Shown here one piece after another: positions 54,270 to 63,637 of a stretch of 64,000 nt of DNA. The notes under the pieces are model-generated. The model was given only the letters and a program-made list of their open reading frames with translations. It searched no databases and was not told the origin of the DNA. Numbering within the stretch: the first letter of the stretch is position 1; each line of letters starts with the position of its first letter. The DNA comes from a virus (taxonomy: Duplodnaviria; Caudoviricetes), in IMG/VR virus record IMGVR_UViG_3300017766_003100, positions 154,388 to 218,387 of that record. The stretch is one strand, 5' to 3'. The translations under genes were made by a program, and so were the position numbers.

Positions 54270-55997
54270 ATGTCATTAATTAATCAAAAGAAAATAATAC
54301 AATTATTAAAAGAGTATAACTCCAAACATAGTGATATTCTTACTGAATCCAAACTTAAAGTATTGATAGATAAGATTGGAATGTCGGAAGAAAATGCAAA
54401 AATACTTGATGATAAGTTCGGTCCTTTATCAGTATGGATGGCTAAAAAAATAGGTGAATATTATTCCAAAAATTTTCCAAATGATTATCGTACACCTCAA
54501 GAAGCATTAAAAGGATTGTTTTTTAGAACCAATTATTGGATAACTCAATTTTCATCAATCAAAGATTACATTGTTGTTGGATTAAATGGAAATAAGTCAT
54601 CTTTGGATAATTTGAATTATTCGGAAATTTATAACAAATCCAAAGAATGGCACGATAGTTTGAATGTTGGTGATAGTAAAATAAATTATATTGAAAACAA
54701 TCCAATCCTAATTGATTTTAGGAATGAAAATGGTACAGGGTATTATTGGGCTGACCTACAAACGAATAATTCCACTGAAGAGTGTGAAAGGATGGGACAT
54801 TGTGGAAGAAGTTCTTCTGGGTCATTATATTCATTAAGGAGCTATAGATTTACACCAGATGGAAAGTATAAGGTTAATGATAGTCATTTAACAGCATCAA
54901 TAAGTAATGATGGGATAATATACCAATTAAAAGGTCCTAAGAACTCAAAACCAAAAGAAGAATATCATAAATTCATTTTACCTTTATTTGATTTACAAGA
55001 TGAAGATGATGATTATTTCATCAAAGGATTTGGAACTGAATATGCTTCACAACAAGATTTCAAATTAGAAGATTTACCAATACAAACACTCAAAGATTTG
55101 TATGAAATTAGACCTGAAATATTCAAATCAAGAGGGTTAAAAAGTAAAATGGCTGAATTGGGAATTGAAATAGAAGTTGAACCATTACCAACAGATTTTT
55201 ATGTGGAAATAGAGTTTGATTCTATACATTATTATATTGATAATGATGAAGTAATTTACACCACAAAAAACCAAAGTAGTAATCCTTATAGTTCAAGGCA
55301 TGTGGTGAATAAAACATACTTATCACAAGCTCTTTTAGACCGCAACAAATTTGATGAATTATATGAATGGATTAGTGAAGAATATTCATTACCTAGTTAT
55401 AAAGAACCATCATTAGAAAAAGTTTTAAAAGAAAATGTTTATGGTGGATTAAGGTCACATATGATAAGATTATTAAAAATGATGAAACCAACTGAAGAAC
55501 AATTAAAACAATTGGAAGAAGTTGAAAAGATTACAGAATGGAGTTTACAAATATCAAGACTGGCTAATTTAATAAGAGAAATTGATACCAGAAATTTAAT
55601 TATTAATTATATTTACGAAGTTTATCACAATTGTTATCGTGATAGTATAGCTGATTCGGCAATTGGAAAATTAAAAGAATCTTTATTAACTACACTTGAA
55701 GGTTATGGTTCAGTTATTTGGAATGATTATGGAGTTGATATTAGTATTGATATTGAAGGTGATATTGGAGAACTTGTTGATATTGATGACCCAGAAGTTA
55801 TTGAAGTATATGATAGAATAGAAGAAGATTATGGTGACTTTTCTACCTCCGATGTATTTAAAGAGTTAGTTGGTAGAGACATTATATCAAAACCTTATTG
55901 GGGAAGACCTGATATAGATGAAGTTGATATTGACAATGATTACTTCAATGAACAACTAAATGACAGCTTAAATTATATTGAAAGATACCATTTATGA
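54270..55997 (+). CDS. tagged protein with PcfJ-like domain, paralog A (start revised)
   Basis: EECERMGHCG...YSLR...QLKGPKNSKP; late-type motif at 54243. Confidence 0.75.
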   Translation: MSLINQKKIIQLLKEYNSKHSDILTESKLKVLIDKIGMSEENAKILDDKFGPLSVWMAKKIGEYYSKNFPNDYRTPQEALKGLFFRTNYWITQFSSIKDYIVVGLNGNKSSLDNLNYSEIYNKSKEWHDSLNVGDSKINYIENNPILIDFRNENGTGYYWADLQTNNSTEECERMGHCGRSSSGSLYSLRSYRFTPDGKYKVNDSHLTASISNDGIIYQLKGPKNSKPKEEYHKFILPLFDLQDEDDDYFIKGFGTEYASQQDFKLEDLPIQTLKDLYEIRPEIFKSRGLKSKMAELGIEIEVEPLPTDFYVEIEFDSIHYYIDNDEVIYTTKNQSSNPYSSRHVVNKTYLSQALLDRNKFDELYEWISEEYSLPSYKEPSLEKVLKENVYGGLRSHMIRLLKMMKPTEEQLKQLEEVEKITEWSLQISRLANLIREIDTRNLIINYIYEVYHNCYRDSIADSAIGKLKESLLTTLEGYGSVIWNDYGVDISIDIEGDIGELVDIDDPEVIEVYDRIEEDYGDFSTSDVFKELVGRDIISKPYWGRPDIDEVDIDNDYFNEQLNDSLNYIERYHL

Positions 55998-57634
55998 AAT
56001 TAAAAGAAAAATATTACCATAAAAAAATCCTAAATTTATTAAAGGAATATAATGATAATTTTGGATTGTTGAATGAATCCAAAAAAGAAATCCTAATGGA
56101 TAAGTTGGGATTAAGTCCAAATATAGCTGAAGTATTCGATGAAGTTTGTGGAAAATTAGCAATATGGTTGGCTAACAAATATCTAAAATATTATTATGAA
56201 GATAATAAAACTAAGTCAAACCCTGGTGTTGCACATAAAGATATGTTAAAATGGGCACAGCATCGTATAAATTCAATGACCACATCTACACTCAGAAGAG
56301 TATTACCTGGAATAATGGATTATATCCGAGTAGGATTAAATGGTAACAAAAGTAGTTTGGATGATTTATCAATAGTACAAATTGCTTCACTATCAACTCA
56401 ATGGCACGACCAACTAAATGTTGGTCAAGGTAAGATAAATTATATTGAAAATGCTCCAATCCTAATTGATTTTAGAAATGAAGATGGTGAAGGATATTAT
56501 TGGGCTGACCTAAATGTTAAAAACTCACCTGAAGAATGTGAGAGAATGGGACATTGTGGAAGAAGTTCTTATGGTTATCTATATTCATTAAGAAGTGATA
56601 GAGTTTTACCAGGAGGAAAATATAAGTTAAATAGAAGTCATTTAACTGCTGCAATTGGAAGTAATGGGATATTATATCAATTAAAAGGTCCTAAGAACTC
56701 AAAACCAAAAGAAGAATATCATCAATATATCGAACCTTTATTCTATACTTTAGGTGGTGGAGGAGAAGAAGAGGATTATTTAATCCAAGGTTTTGGAACT
56801 GAATATGGTGCTGACCAAGATTTCAAGTTATCTGATTTACCTGATGTAACAATTAGAAAAATATATAACGATAGACCTAAATTATTTAATACAAGAGGTT
56901 TAAAAAGAAAGTTGGGTAAGATGGGTATTATTGATTTTGAACCTACCCAAACAAAATTTGTTTTGGAACTATCAGCAAATGAGCTTGGAACATATTTACA
57001 GGGTGATACTTATTCAACTCGTAGATATAAAAATAGTGAGGGTAAAGAGATGGTTAAAAGAGAAAGTTGGTATGAACAAATAATGTCCGATTCAATTTGG
57101 GATGATGTTTGGCATATGGATTGGGGAAGTGATTGGAAATCAGCACTTGATTACTATGTAAACCCTGAAAATGAAAAATTAATTGAGTCAATCATTAACG
57201 AATGGATTAGTAAAAGTGGTGATGAAGTTGATGAAGATATATCTTTGGAGGAAAAAATAGAACAATATGATAATAATGACGATATCCGTAACGCTTTGAG
57301 TTCAACAGAAAACGATATTGCTGGTAATGAATATGTTGATTATTTAAGAGACACCTTAAAATCAGCTTTAGAAGAATATGGTAGTGTATTTGAATTCAGT
57401 GATGAGACAATTAAGATACAAATTGATTTGAAAGATTATACTAATAATATTGATGAGGACACTCTTGATGAATACTATGAGAATTGTTATGATAATCCTA
57501 GTTGTGTATTTAATGAATTATTAAGTGAAGGAAGTATTGATTTTCCAAAACCTAGTTTCAATGACAATTGGTATCCTGATATAGATAGACATATATATAA
57601 TCAATATTTAACAGATAGATTAAACGAAATATAA
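55994..57634 (+). CDS. tagged protein with PcfJ-like domain, paralog B
   Basis: Same YYWADL...EECERMGHCGRSS...YSLR...QLKGPKNSKPKEEYH block. Confidence 0.75.
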   Translation: MKLKEKYYHKKILNLLKEYNDNFGLLNESKKEILMDKLGLSPNIAEVFDEVCGKLAIWLANKYLKYYYEDNKTKSNPGVAHKDMLKWAQHRINSMTTSTLRRVLPGIMDYIRVGLNGNKSSLDDLSIVQIASLSTQWHDQLNVGQGKINYIENAPILIDFRNEDGEGYYWADLNVKNSPEECERMGHCGRSSYGYLYSLRSDRVLPGGKYKLNRSHLTAAIGSNGILYQLKGPKNSKPKEEYHQYIEPLFYTLGGGGEEEDYLIQGFGTEYGADQDFKLSDLPDVTIRKIYNDRPKLFNTRGLKRKLGKMGIIDFEPTQTKFVLELSANELGTYLQGDTYSTRRYKNSEGKEMVKRESWYEQIMSDSIWDDVWHMDWGSDWKSALDYYVNPENEKLIESIINEWISKSGDEVDEDISLEEKIEQYDNNDDIRNALSSTENDIAGNEYVDYLRDTLKSALEEYGSVFEFSDETIKIQIDLKDYTNNIDEDTLDEYYENCYDNPSCVFNELLSEGSIDFPKPSFNDNWYPDIDRHIYNQYLTDRLNEI

Positions 57635-57635
57635 A

Positions 57636-58229
57636 ATGAAAATAATAATAACAGAAAGTCAGTATAAACTAATATTGGAGAATGAGGAATATCTCGGACA
57701 GATTATGGAATTAATTGAAACATTTGATGAAACAAATATTGATATTGCATTCCAGATTGCAAAAGGTTTGAAGATAAAACCGAGCACAATATTGGAACAT
57801 TACAAAGAGTTATTTGAAGTTTTTAATTATAAACCAAGAATAGGAAATTTAAAAAAAATAACAAAAAAGACTATTTTAGATGTTAAGATTAGTTTATCCA
57901 AAAAAACAATTGACTTAATATTCAAATTACCAAAATTACAAATAATTACATTTTACACATTAAATGATGGTGATTTGGATGAGTTAGTAAGTACAAATAA
58001 ACAATTATTTTTTTCATCTAACTGTAAAATAACCTCATTACCTAAATTAAAAGAAGTTGGTACTCTTGAGTTAGAGGGTACAAAAATTGAATCATTACCT
58101 AATTTAATTTCAGTTGGGCGTACTTTAGGTTTAGAAAAAACCCCACTTGGAAAAGAATTAAAAGATAGTGGAATGAGTAAAGATGAAATAAAAAATAAAT
58201 TTGGAGTTAAAGGTACGTTATTTATATGA
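57636..58229 (+). CDS. tagged LRR-like protein, paralog 1
   Basis: MKIIITESQYKLILE; ITSLPKLKEVG and IESLPNLISVG repeats. Confidence 0.8.
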   Translation: MKIIITESQYKLILENEEYLGQIMELIETFDETNIDIAFQIAKGLKIKPSTILEHYKELFEVFNYKPRIGNLKKITKKTILDVKISLSKKTIDLIFKLPKLQIITFYTLNDGDLDELVSTNKQLFFSSNCKITSLPKLKEVGTLELEGTKIESLPNLISVGRTLGLEKTPLGKELKDSGMSKDEIKNKFGVKGTLFI

Positions 58230-58876
58230 AAATAATAATAACAGAAAGTCAGTATAAACTAATATTGGAAAACGAGGAATATCTCGGACAGATTATGGAA
58301 TTAATTGAAACATTTGATGAAACAAATATTGATATTGCATTCCAGATTGCAAAAGGTTTAAAGATAAAACAGAGTACAATATTGGGACATTATGAAGAAT
58401 TATTCAAACTTTTTAAATATAAACCATCAGTAATAAATTTGAAAAAAATAATAAAAAAGACTAATTTAGATGTGGATATTAACTTATCTAAAACGACAAT
58501 TGACTTAATATTCAATTTACCAAATTTGAAAACAATAAATTTTTTCAGATTAAATAGTGATTTGGATGATTTGGTTAGTACTAATAAACAATTATATATT
58601 ACAAATCGTTGTAAAATTACCTCACTACCTAATTTAATGTCAGTTGGGGATTTATATTATGCTCATTCAAAAATCACCTCCCTACCTAAATTAAAAGAAG
58701 TTGAATATGATTTAGGTTTGGATAATACAGACATTGAATCATTACCTAATTTAATTTCAGTTGGTGGTGATTTGATGTTAACTAATACACCCCTTGGAAA
58801 AGAATTAAAAGATAGTGGAATGAGTGAAGATGAAATTAAAAATAAATTTGGAGTAAAAGGTGAGTTATTTATATGA
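58226..58876 (+). CDS. tagged LRR-like protein, paralog 2 (one extra repeat)
   Basis: First 145 nt differ from paralog 1 at 3 synonymous positions. Confidence 0.8.
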   Translation: MKIIITESQYKLILENEEYLGQIMELIETFDETNIDIAFQIAKGLKIKQSTILGHYEELFKLFKYKPSVINLKKIIKKTNLDVDINLSKTTIDLIFNLPNLKTINFFRLNSDLDDLVSTNKQLYITNRCKITSLPNLMSVGDLYYAHSKITSLPKLKEVEYDLGLDNTDIESLPNLISVGGDLMLTNTPLGKELKDSGMSEDEIKNKFGVKGELFI

Positions 58877-59514
58877 AAATAATAATTAGTGAAAGTCAAC
58901 TTCGTTCAATTATCAATGAGTCAAGAATTGAAAGGAATGTTGTTAGAAAAGTAGTTAGAGATTTAACGGACATAATTAAAAGAAAAGAAGAAGGTGAATT
59001 TTATTTACCTGAAGATATTTCTTCTGAAGAAGAAATGGATTCTTATCGATTCGATGATTATGAGGTCGAATTTACAATAGAATTTAAAATTATCTACGAT
59101 GATAATTTGGACAGATTTCTTCTTAATGGAGCTTATTCAACTGATGATGATGTTGTTGAAATAATCCTTAAAGTTAATCCTGATAACTTGAAGAAACAAA
59201 TGTATGATATCATTGGTGAATTAAATATAATTATTGCTCACGAATTGGAACACGGATTACAACAATACTACGATGAATTTAATTTAAACAAGAAAAGTCC
59301 TAAAATTTCAAAGAAATATTATCAACAAGCTCACGAAATTCCAGCACAAATACAAGGATTCAAAAGACTTGCAAAATTAAAGAGACTCCCATTTGAAGAG
59401 GTGGTAAGAACTTGGTTTGAAGAAAATAAACCAATTCACAATATGAAATCAAAAGACCAAGAAGAAGTCATACAAACAATATTGAAAGCACACAAAGAAA
59501 AATATGGTAAATAA
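58873..59514 (+). CDS. tagged zincin-like metallopeptidase
   Basis: IIAHELEHGLQ (HExxH) and downstream HEIPA. Confidence 0.7.
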   Translation: MKIIISESQLRSIINESRIERNVVRKVVRDLTDIIKRKEEGEFYLPEDISSEEEMDSYRFDDYEVEFTIEFKIIYDDNLDRFLLNGAYSTDDDVVEIILKVNPDNLKKQMYDIIGELNIIIAHELEHGLQQYYDEFNLNKKSPKISKKYYQQAHEIPAQIQGFKRLAKLKRLPFEEVVRTWFEENKPIHNMKSKDQEEVIQTILKAHKEKYGK

Positions 59515-60355
59515 AAACATTATAAGAAAAATCTTGAATGAGTTCGTAAGTGAACAATTTGATGATTATGGTGATATTAAAAACGTTAAGAAATTAAAAA
59601 AAGACTGGAGAAAAGATGTTATTTCAGGTACTGAAAGAGGTATTACCAAAATCAAAACAGGATTATCAGGAAATAGTATTAACGATATTGTTAATGATTT
59701 GGTTGATAAGTTTGGTATTAAAAAAATCAAATATGCTGGAAGAGGTTATTATGGAATGGCCTTTTTAGTTGATAACAATAAGATATTGAAACTAACCCAA
59801 GACCAAGATGAAATCAAAGGGATTGAAAAAATAGTAGGGAAAGAAATACCAGGTATTGTTAATTATTATGGATACGAATTTTATCCCAAATATAACATTT
59901 ATGGTATTTTAATGGATAAAGCCAACCCAATTCCAAAAACAGAAAAAGATATTTACACAACGATGTTTTATATGGGTGCAAACTATTCTGATTCTGATTT
60001 TTGGGATGATTATGATGATGAGTTTTTGGATAATTTGGTTGATAGATTGGAAAGTCCTGAACCTGAAGATGAACTCCCACCAATTGGTATCAGTGGTTAT
60101 TATAGTAATGACGAAGATGATGAGGAAGATGAGGAGTTTGATGATGACGATGAAGACAATTATTACATACCAAAAAGAGAAAAACCAACTCCAAGTGTAA
60201 GTATAACATTTGATGAACTAATAGACTATATTGAAAAATACAGAGAGTTATTATTGAAGTTGGAAGAAAACAATATATCAACAAAAGATTTACACGGAGA
60301 AAACATTGGACAAATAAATGGAGAATTAGTCCATTTTGATGTGATGGCATTTTAA
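59504..60355 (+). CDS. tagged protein kinase-like enzyme with acidic insertion
   Basis: GRGYYG Gly loop, ILKLT, ILMDK hinge, DLHGEN catalytic loop, HFD. Confidence 0.8.
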   Translation: MVNKNIIRKILNEFVSEQFDDYGDIKNVKKLKKDWRKDVISGTERGITKIKTGLSGNSINDIVNDLVDKFGIKKIKYAGRGYYGMAFLVDNNKILKLTQDQDEIKGIEKIVGKEIPGIVNYYGYEFYPKYNIYGILMDKANPIPKTEKDIYTTMFYMGANYSDSDFWDDYDDEFLDNLVDRLESPEPEDELPPIGISGYYSNDEDDEEDEEFDDDDEDNYYIPKREKPTPSVSITFDELIDYIEKYRELLLKLEENNISTKDLHGENIGQINGELVHFDVMAF

Positions 60356-60357
60356 TA

Positions 60358-60376
60358 ACTTAACAATAAGTTAATA
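60358..60376 (+). promoter_or_regulatory. shared operator-like box, copy 2
   Basis: ACTTAACAATAAGTTAATA; TATGAT at 60412. Confidence 0.7.
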
Positions 60377-60434
60377 CAAAAGAATTTACTATATCAACTA
60401 TTTTTCCTATTTATGATTTGTCAAAACCATAAGT

Positions 60435-63263
60435 ATGAAAAATATCTTTCTAGTCCTATTACTCCTATTATCATTTAAATCCTTTTCACAATTTACAATC
60501 ATTGGTAAAGTTGTTGATGAAAATACAAAAGAACCTCTAATTGGTGTTACAGTTATAATCAAAGAAACTTCAGTTGGTACAACAACAGACATTGAAGGTA
60601 TATTCACAATAGACTCAGACAAAGACACTGTTACATTAGAGTTCTCATATGTCTCATATAAAAAAGAAATCCAAGAAAATATTGTATTGGTTGGTGAATT
60701 AACAACCATCCCTGATATTATTCTTAAAGAAGATGTATTAGAAACTGGTGAAGTTGTTATTACCGCAGACAGAATTGTTAAAAATGAAATTGGTCTGATT
60801 GATATGAAAATGAAATCAGTCACAATGGTTGATGGTATTAGTTCTGAGAAAATGAAATCAACTGGTGATGGTAATGCCGTTGAAGCAAGTAAACGAGTCA
60901 CTGGTGTATCAATAGATAATGGAAAATATGTTTATGTTAGAGGATTGGGTGATAGATACTCAAAGACAATAATGAATGGTGTTGAAATACCTGGGTTAGA
61001 CCCCGACAGAAACTCACTTCAAATGGATATATTCCCCACCAATTTATTAAATAATATTGTCGTATCAAAAAGTTTCTCAGCTGAATTACCAGCAGATTTT
61101 ACAGGTGGATTAATAAATATTGAAACAAAAGATATACCTGAAACACCACAAGGTTCATTTTCAATAACCACAGGATTTAATAATCAAACCCACTTCAATA
61201 ATAATTTCTTTAGTGAGAAAGGAAGTATGACTGACATATTAGGATTTGATGGTGGAATAAGAAGATTACCAAATGAACTAAGAAGTAGTTATATCCCAAC
61301 CCCATATAACAAACCATCAAGTATAAGTTCAGCACAACATCAACAGAATATTATTAATACTTTAAGAAGTTTGAATCCTGAATTGGGTGGTGTTAATGGT
61401 ATGCCATTCTTGGATTTTGGCGGTGGATTTTCTTATGGAAGAACAAATAAAAAGTTTGGTTATATTGTATCATTAAATCAAAAAACAGATTATAGATTTT
61501 ATACTAATGTAAAGTATGGTGAATACCAAAGGGTAACTGATAACTCACAATATGATTTGATTTATGCAACAAAACAATCAGGACAATTAACTGAAATTAA
61601 TAATCTATTGGGAGGTTTAGTTGGATTCAATTTTGTTAAAGGTAAGAGTAAATACAAATTAAATCTAATTCATTTACAGAGTGGTGAAAGTAGAGCTGGT
61701 AAGTTCAACATATCAAACAATTCATCAGCTGTTGGACAATCAGGTTATGATGCAACATCATATAATCTTGAATACAATCAAAGAGGATTAACCAATTTAC
61801 TATTAAGTGGAAAACACAAGATAAACAATTGGAATATTGATTGGAAATTATCCCCAACTTATTCATCATCAATTGACCCTGACATTAGAAAGACACCATT
61901 TAGTTATGATGGTTCATATTCATTCTCATCAGGTGAAGCGGGAAATCCATCAAGGATATGGAGAAACTTGGGTGAATTTAATAACCAATCAAAGATTGAT
62001 ATAAATAAAGAATATGAAAACTTCAAATTGAACTTTGGTTTATCTCACGTATATAAATTGAGAAACTATGAAATCAAGTTATTTGAATTGATGTTTTCAA
62101 AACCACAATCTTGGGCATCACCAGACCCCAATCTTGTTATGAATAGTGATAACTTATATCCATCTGATGTCAATGGAACTTATATTCAATCTGGTAATGT
62201 GAATCCAAATCCAAATCAATATTCATCAAATGTTAATAATCTTGGTGTATATGTTTCAGGTGATTATAATATCAAAAACAAGTTAAAGATTAATTTGGGG
62301 TTAAGAACTGAATACTTTATTCAAAGACATACAGGAAGAGATATAAGATATGCCAATGGTGATGTGAATGGAAACAATTTGGTTAATGATAAAGTTATGG
62401 AAACGATAAATCTATTCCCATCAACAAATATCATATATTCAATAACACCAAAACAAAATCTAAGAACATCATATTCAAGAACGATTGCGAGACCATCATT
62501 CAAGGAATTATCTTATGCTCAGATATTAGACCCAATCACAAATAGAATATTCAATGGTGGTTTATTCACATATAATGGAACTTGGGATGGAAATTTGAAA
62601 TCAACAAATATTGATAACTTGGATTTAAGATGGGAGTTATCCAATAAAAATGATTTATATTCAATATCTGGGTTTTATAAACATTTCAATAATCCAATTG
62701 AACTTGTTAGAATACCTGAACAACAAACATCAACTGAATATCAACCAAGGAATGTTGGTAATGGTGATGTGTATGGATTGGAATTTGAGTTAAGAAAATC
62801 GTTTCTAAAGAACTTTTATTTCAATACCAATGTCACACTCGTTAAGTCACAAATAACGATGACAGAGACAGAATATCAAGCAAGAAAACAATATGAAAGG
62901 TTAAATGAAAACATAGACAATACAAGAGTTATGGCAGGACAATCACCATTTGTAATCAATACTGGATTATCTTATAAGAACGATAAAATTGGGTTGAATG
63001 TTGGGTTGTTTTATAATGTTAAAGGACAAACATTATCCATTGTTGGAACTGGATTATCTCCTGATGTTTATGATGAATCATTCCATTCATTGAATCTTTC
63101 TGTAAGTCAAAAGATTAAGAATACATCAATTGATTTTAGAGTTCAAAATATTCTTAATGATAGAGTTGAGAGTTTTTATCACTCCTATAAAGCTGAGAAA
63201 CAAGTATTCAATAGTGTTAATCCTGGTGTGACTTTAACATTGGGTGTTAGTCATAAGTTCTAA
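60435..63263 (+). CDS. TonB-dependent outer membrane receptor (Bacteroidota type)
   Basis: Signal peptide; GKVVD..T.EPLIGVTV domain; plug KRVTGVSI...VRGLGDRY...NG...D.FP; RPSFKEL; C-terminal F. Confidence 0.95.
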   Translation: MKNIFLVLLLLLSFKSFSQFTIIGKVVDENTKEPLIGVTVIIKETSVGTTTDIEGIFTIDSDKDTVTLEFSYVSYKKEIQENIVLVGELTTIPDIILKEDVLETGEVVITADRIVKNEIGLIDMKMKSVTMVDGISSEKMKSTGDGNAVEASKRVTGVSIDNGKYVYVRGLGDRYSKTIMNGVEIPGLDPDRNSLQMDIFPTNLLNNIVVSKSFSAELPADFTGGLINIETKDIPETPQGSFSITTGFNNQTHFNNNFFSEKGSMTDILGFDGGIRRLPNELRSSYIPTPYNKPSSISSAQHQQNIINTLRSLNPELGGVNGMPFLDFGGGFSYGRTNKKFGYIVSLNQKTDYRFYTNVKYGEYQRVTDNSQYDLIYATKQSGQLTEINNLLGGLVGFNFVKGKSKYKLNLIHLQSGESRAGKFNISNNSSAVGQSGYDATSYNLEYNQRGLTNLLLSGKHKINNWNIDWKLSPTYSSSIDPDIRKTPFSYDGSYSFSSGEAGNPSRIWRNLGEFNNQSKIDINKEYENFKLNFGLSHVYKLRNYEIKLFELMFSKPQSWASPDPNLVMNSDNLYPSDVNGTYIQSGNVNPNPNQYSSNVNNLGVYVSGDYNIKNKLKINLGLRTEYFIQRHTGRDIRYANGDVNGNNLVNDKVMETINLFPSTNIIYSITPKQNLRTSYSRTIARPSFKELSYAQILDPITNRIFNGGLFTYNGTWDGNLKSTNIDNLDLRWELSNKNDLYSISGFYKHFNNPIELVRIPEQQTSTEYQPRNVGNGDVYGLEFELRKSFLKNFYFNTNVTLVKSQITMTETEYQARKQYERLNENIDNTRVMAGQSPFVINTGLSYKNDKIGLNVGLFYNVKGQTLSIVGTGLSPDVYDESFHSLNLSVSQKIKNTSIDFRVQNILNDRVESFYHSYKAEKQVFNSVNPGVTLTLGVSHKF

Positions 63264-63265
63264 TA

Positions 63266-63299
63266 AAAAACCCCACCTGATTTAGATGGGGTTTATTTT
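63266..63299. terminator. bidirectional terminator after TonB receptor
   Basis: AAACCCCA/TGGGGTTT between convergent genes. Confidence 0.8.
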
Positions 63300-63554
63300 T
63301 TATCGTCTTTTCTTTGGTTTACACCTAATATATAATTCATCAACATAATCTTGTAAATTATCCTTTTCATCATCGTCTAAATTATCATCATTATCAATAA
63401 TTTGAGTTAGTCCCTCAAGTCTTTCCTGAATCATATCCAAATTAGATTCTAGTTCTTCTAATTCCTCATTATAATCCTTCCAATACTCTTCATTGATTAC
63501 TCTTTTAACCAATCTAGTTAAATCTGTTTCTGTAAGTTTTACTATCTTTTTCAT
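63300..63554 (-). CDS. small tagged acidic protein
   Basis: MKKIVKLTETDLTRLVKRVINEE; late-type motif at 63583-63590. Confidence 0.75.
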   Translation of the reverse strand: MKKIVKLTETDLTRLVKRVINEEYWKDYNEELEELESNLDMIQERLEGLTQIIDNDDNLDDDEKDNLQDYVDELYIRCKPKKRR

Positions 63555-63582
63555 TGTGTTTTTTTTGTATTTTTATTTAAAT

Positions 63583-63590
63583 ATAAATAT
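63583..63590 (-). promoter_or_regulatory. putative late promoter
   Basis: ATATTTAT upstream of 63554. Confidence 0.65.
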
Positions 63591-63637
63591 TTTAAAATAA
63601 CAAAAACATCTATAACCAAAATATTTTTTGATTATTG

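Noticed and set aside
57636-58876. Diversity-generating retroelement TR/VR pair
   Set aside because: No reverse transcriptase in the window; differences are not adenine-specific and both copies are full ORFs.
430-62503. Numerous short antisense or alternate-frame ORFs in the track (e.g. 1807-2124, 6955-7431, 33164-33559, 43960-44301, 60407-60901)
   Set aside because: They are shadows of strongly supported genes with mirror-image composition, and no independent starts or motifs.
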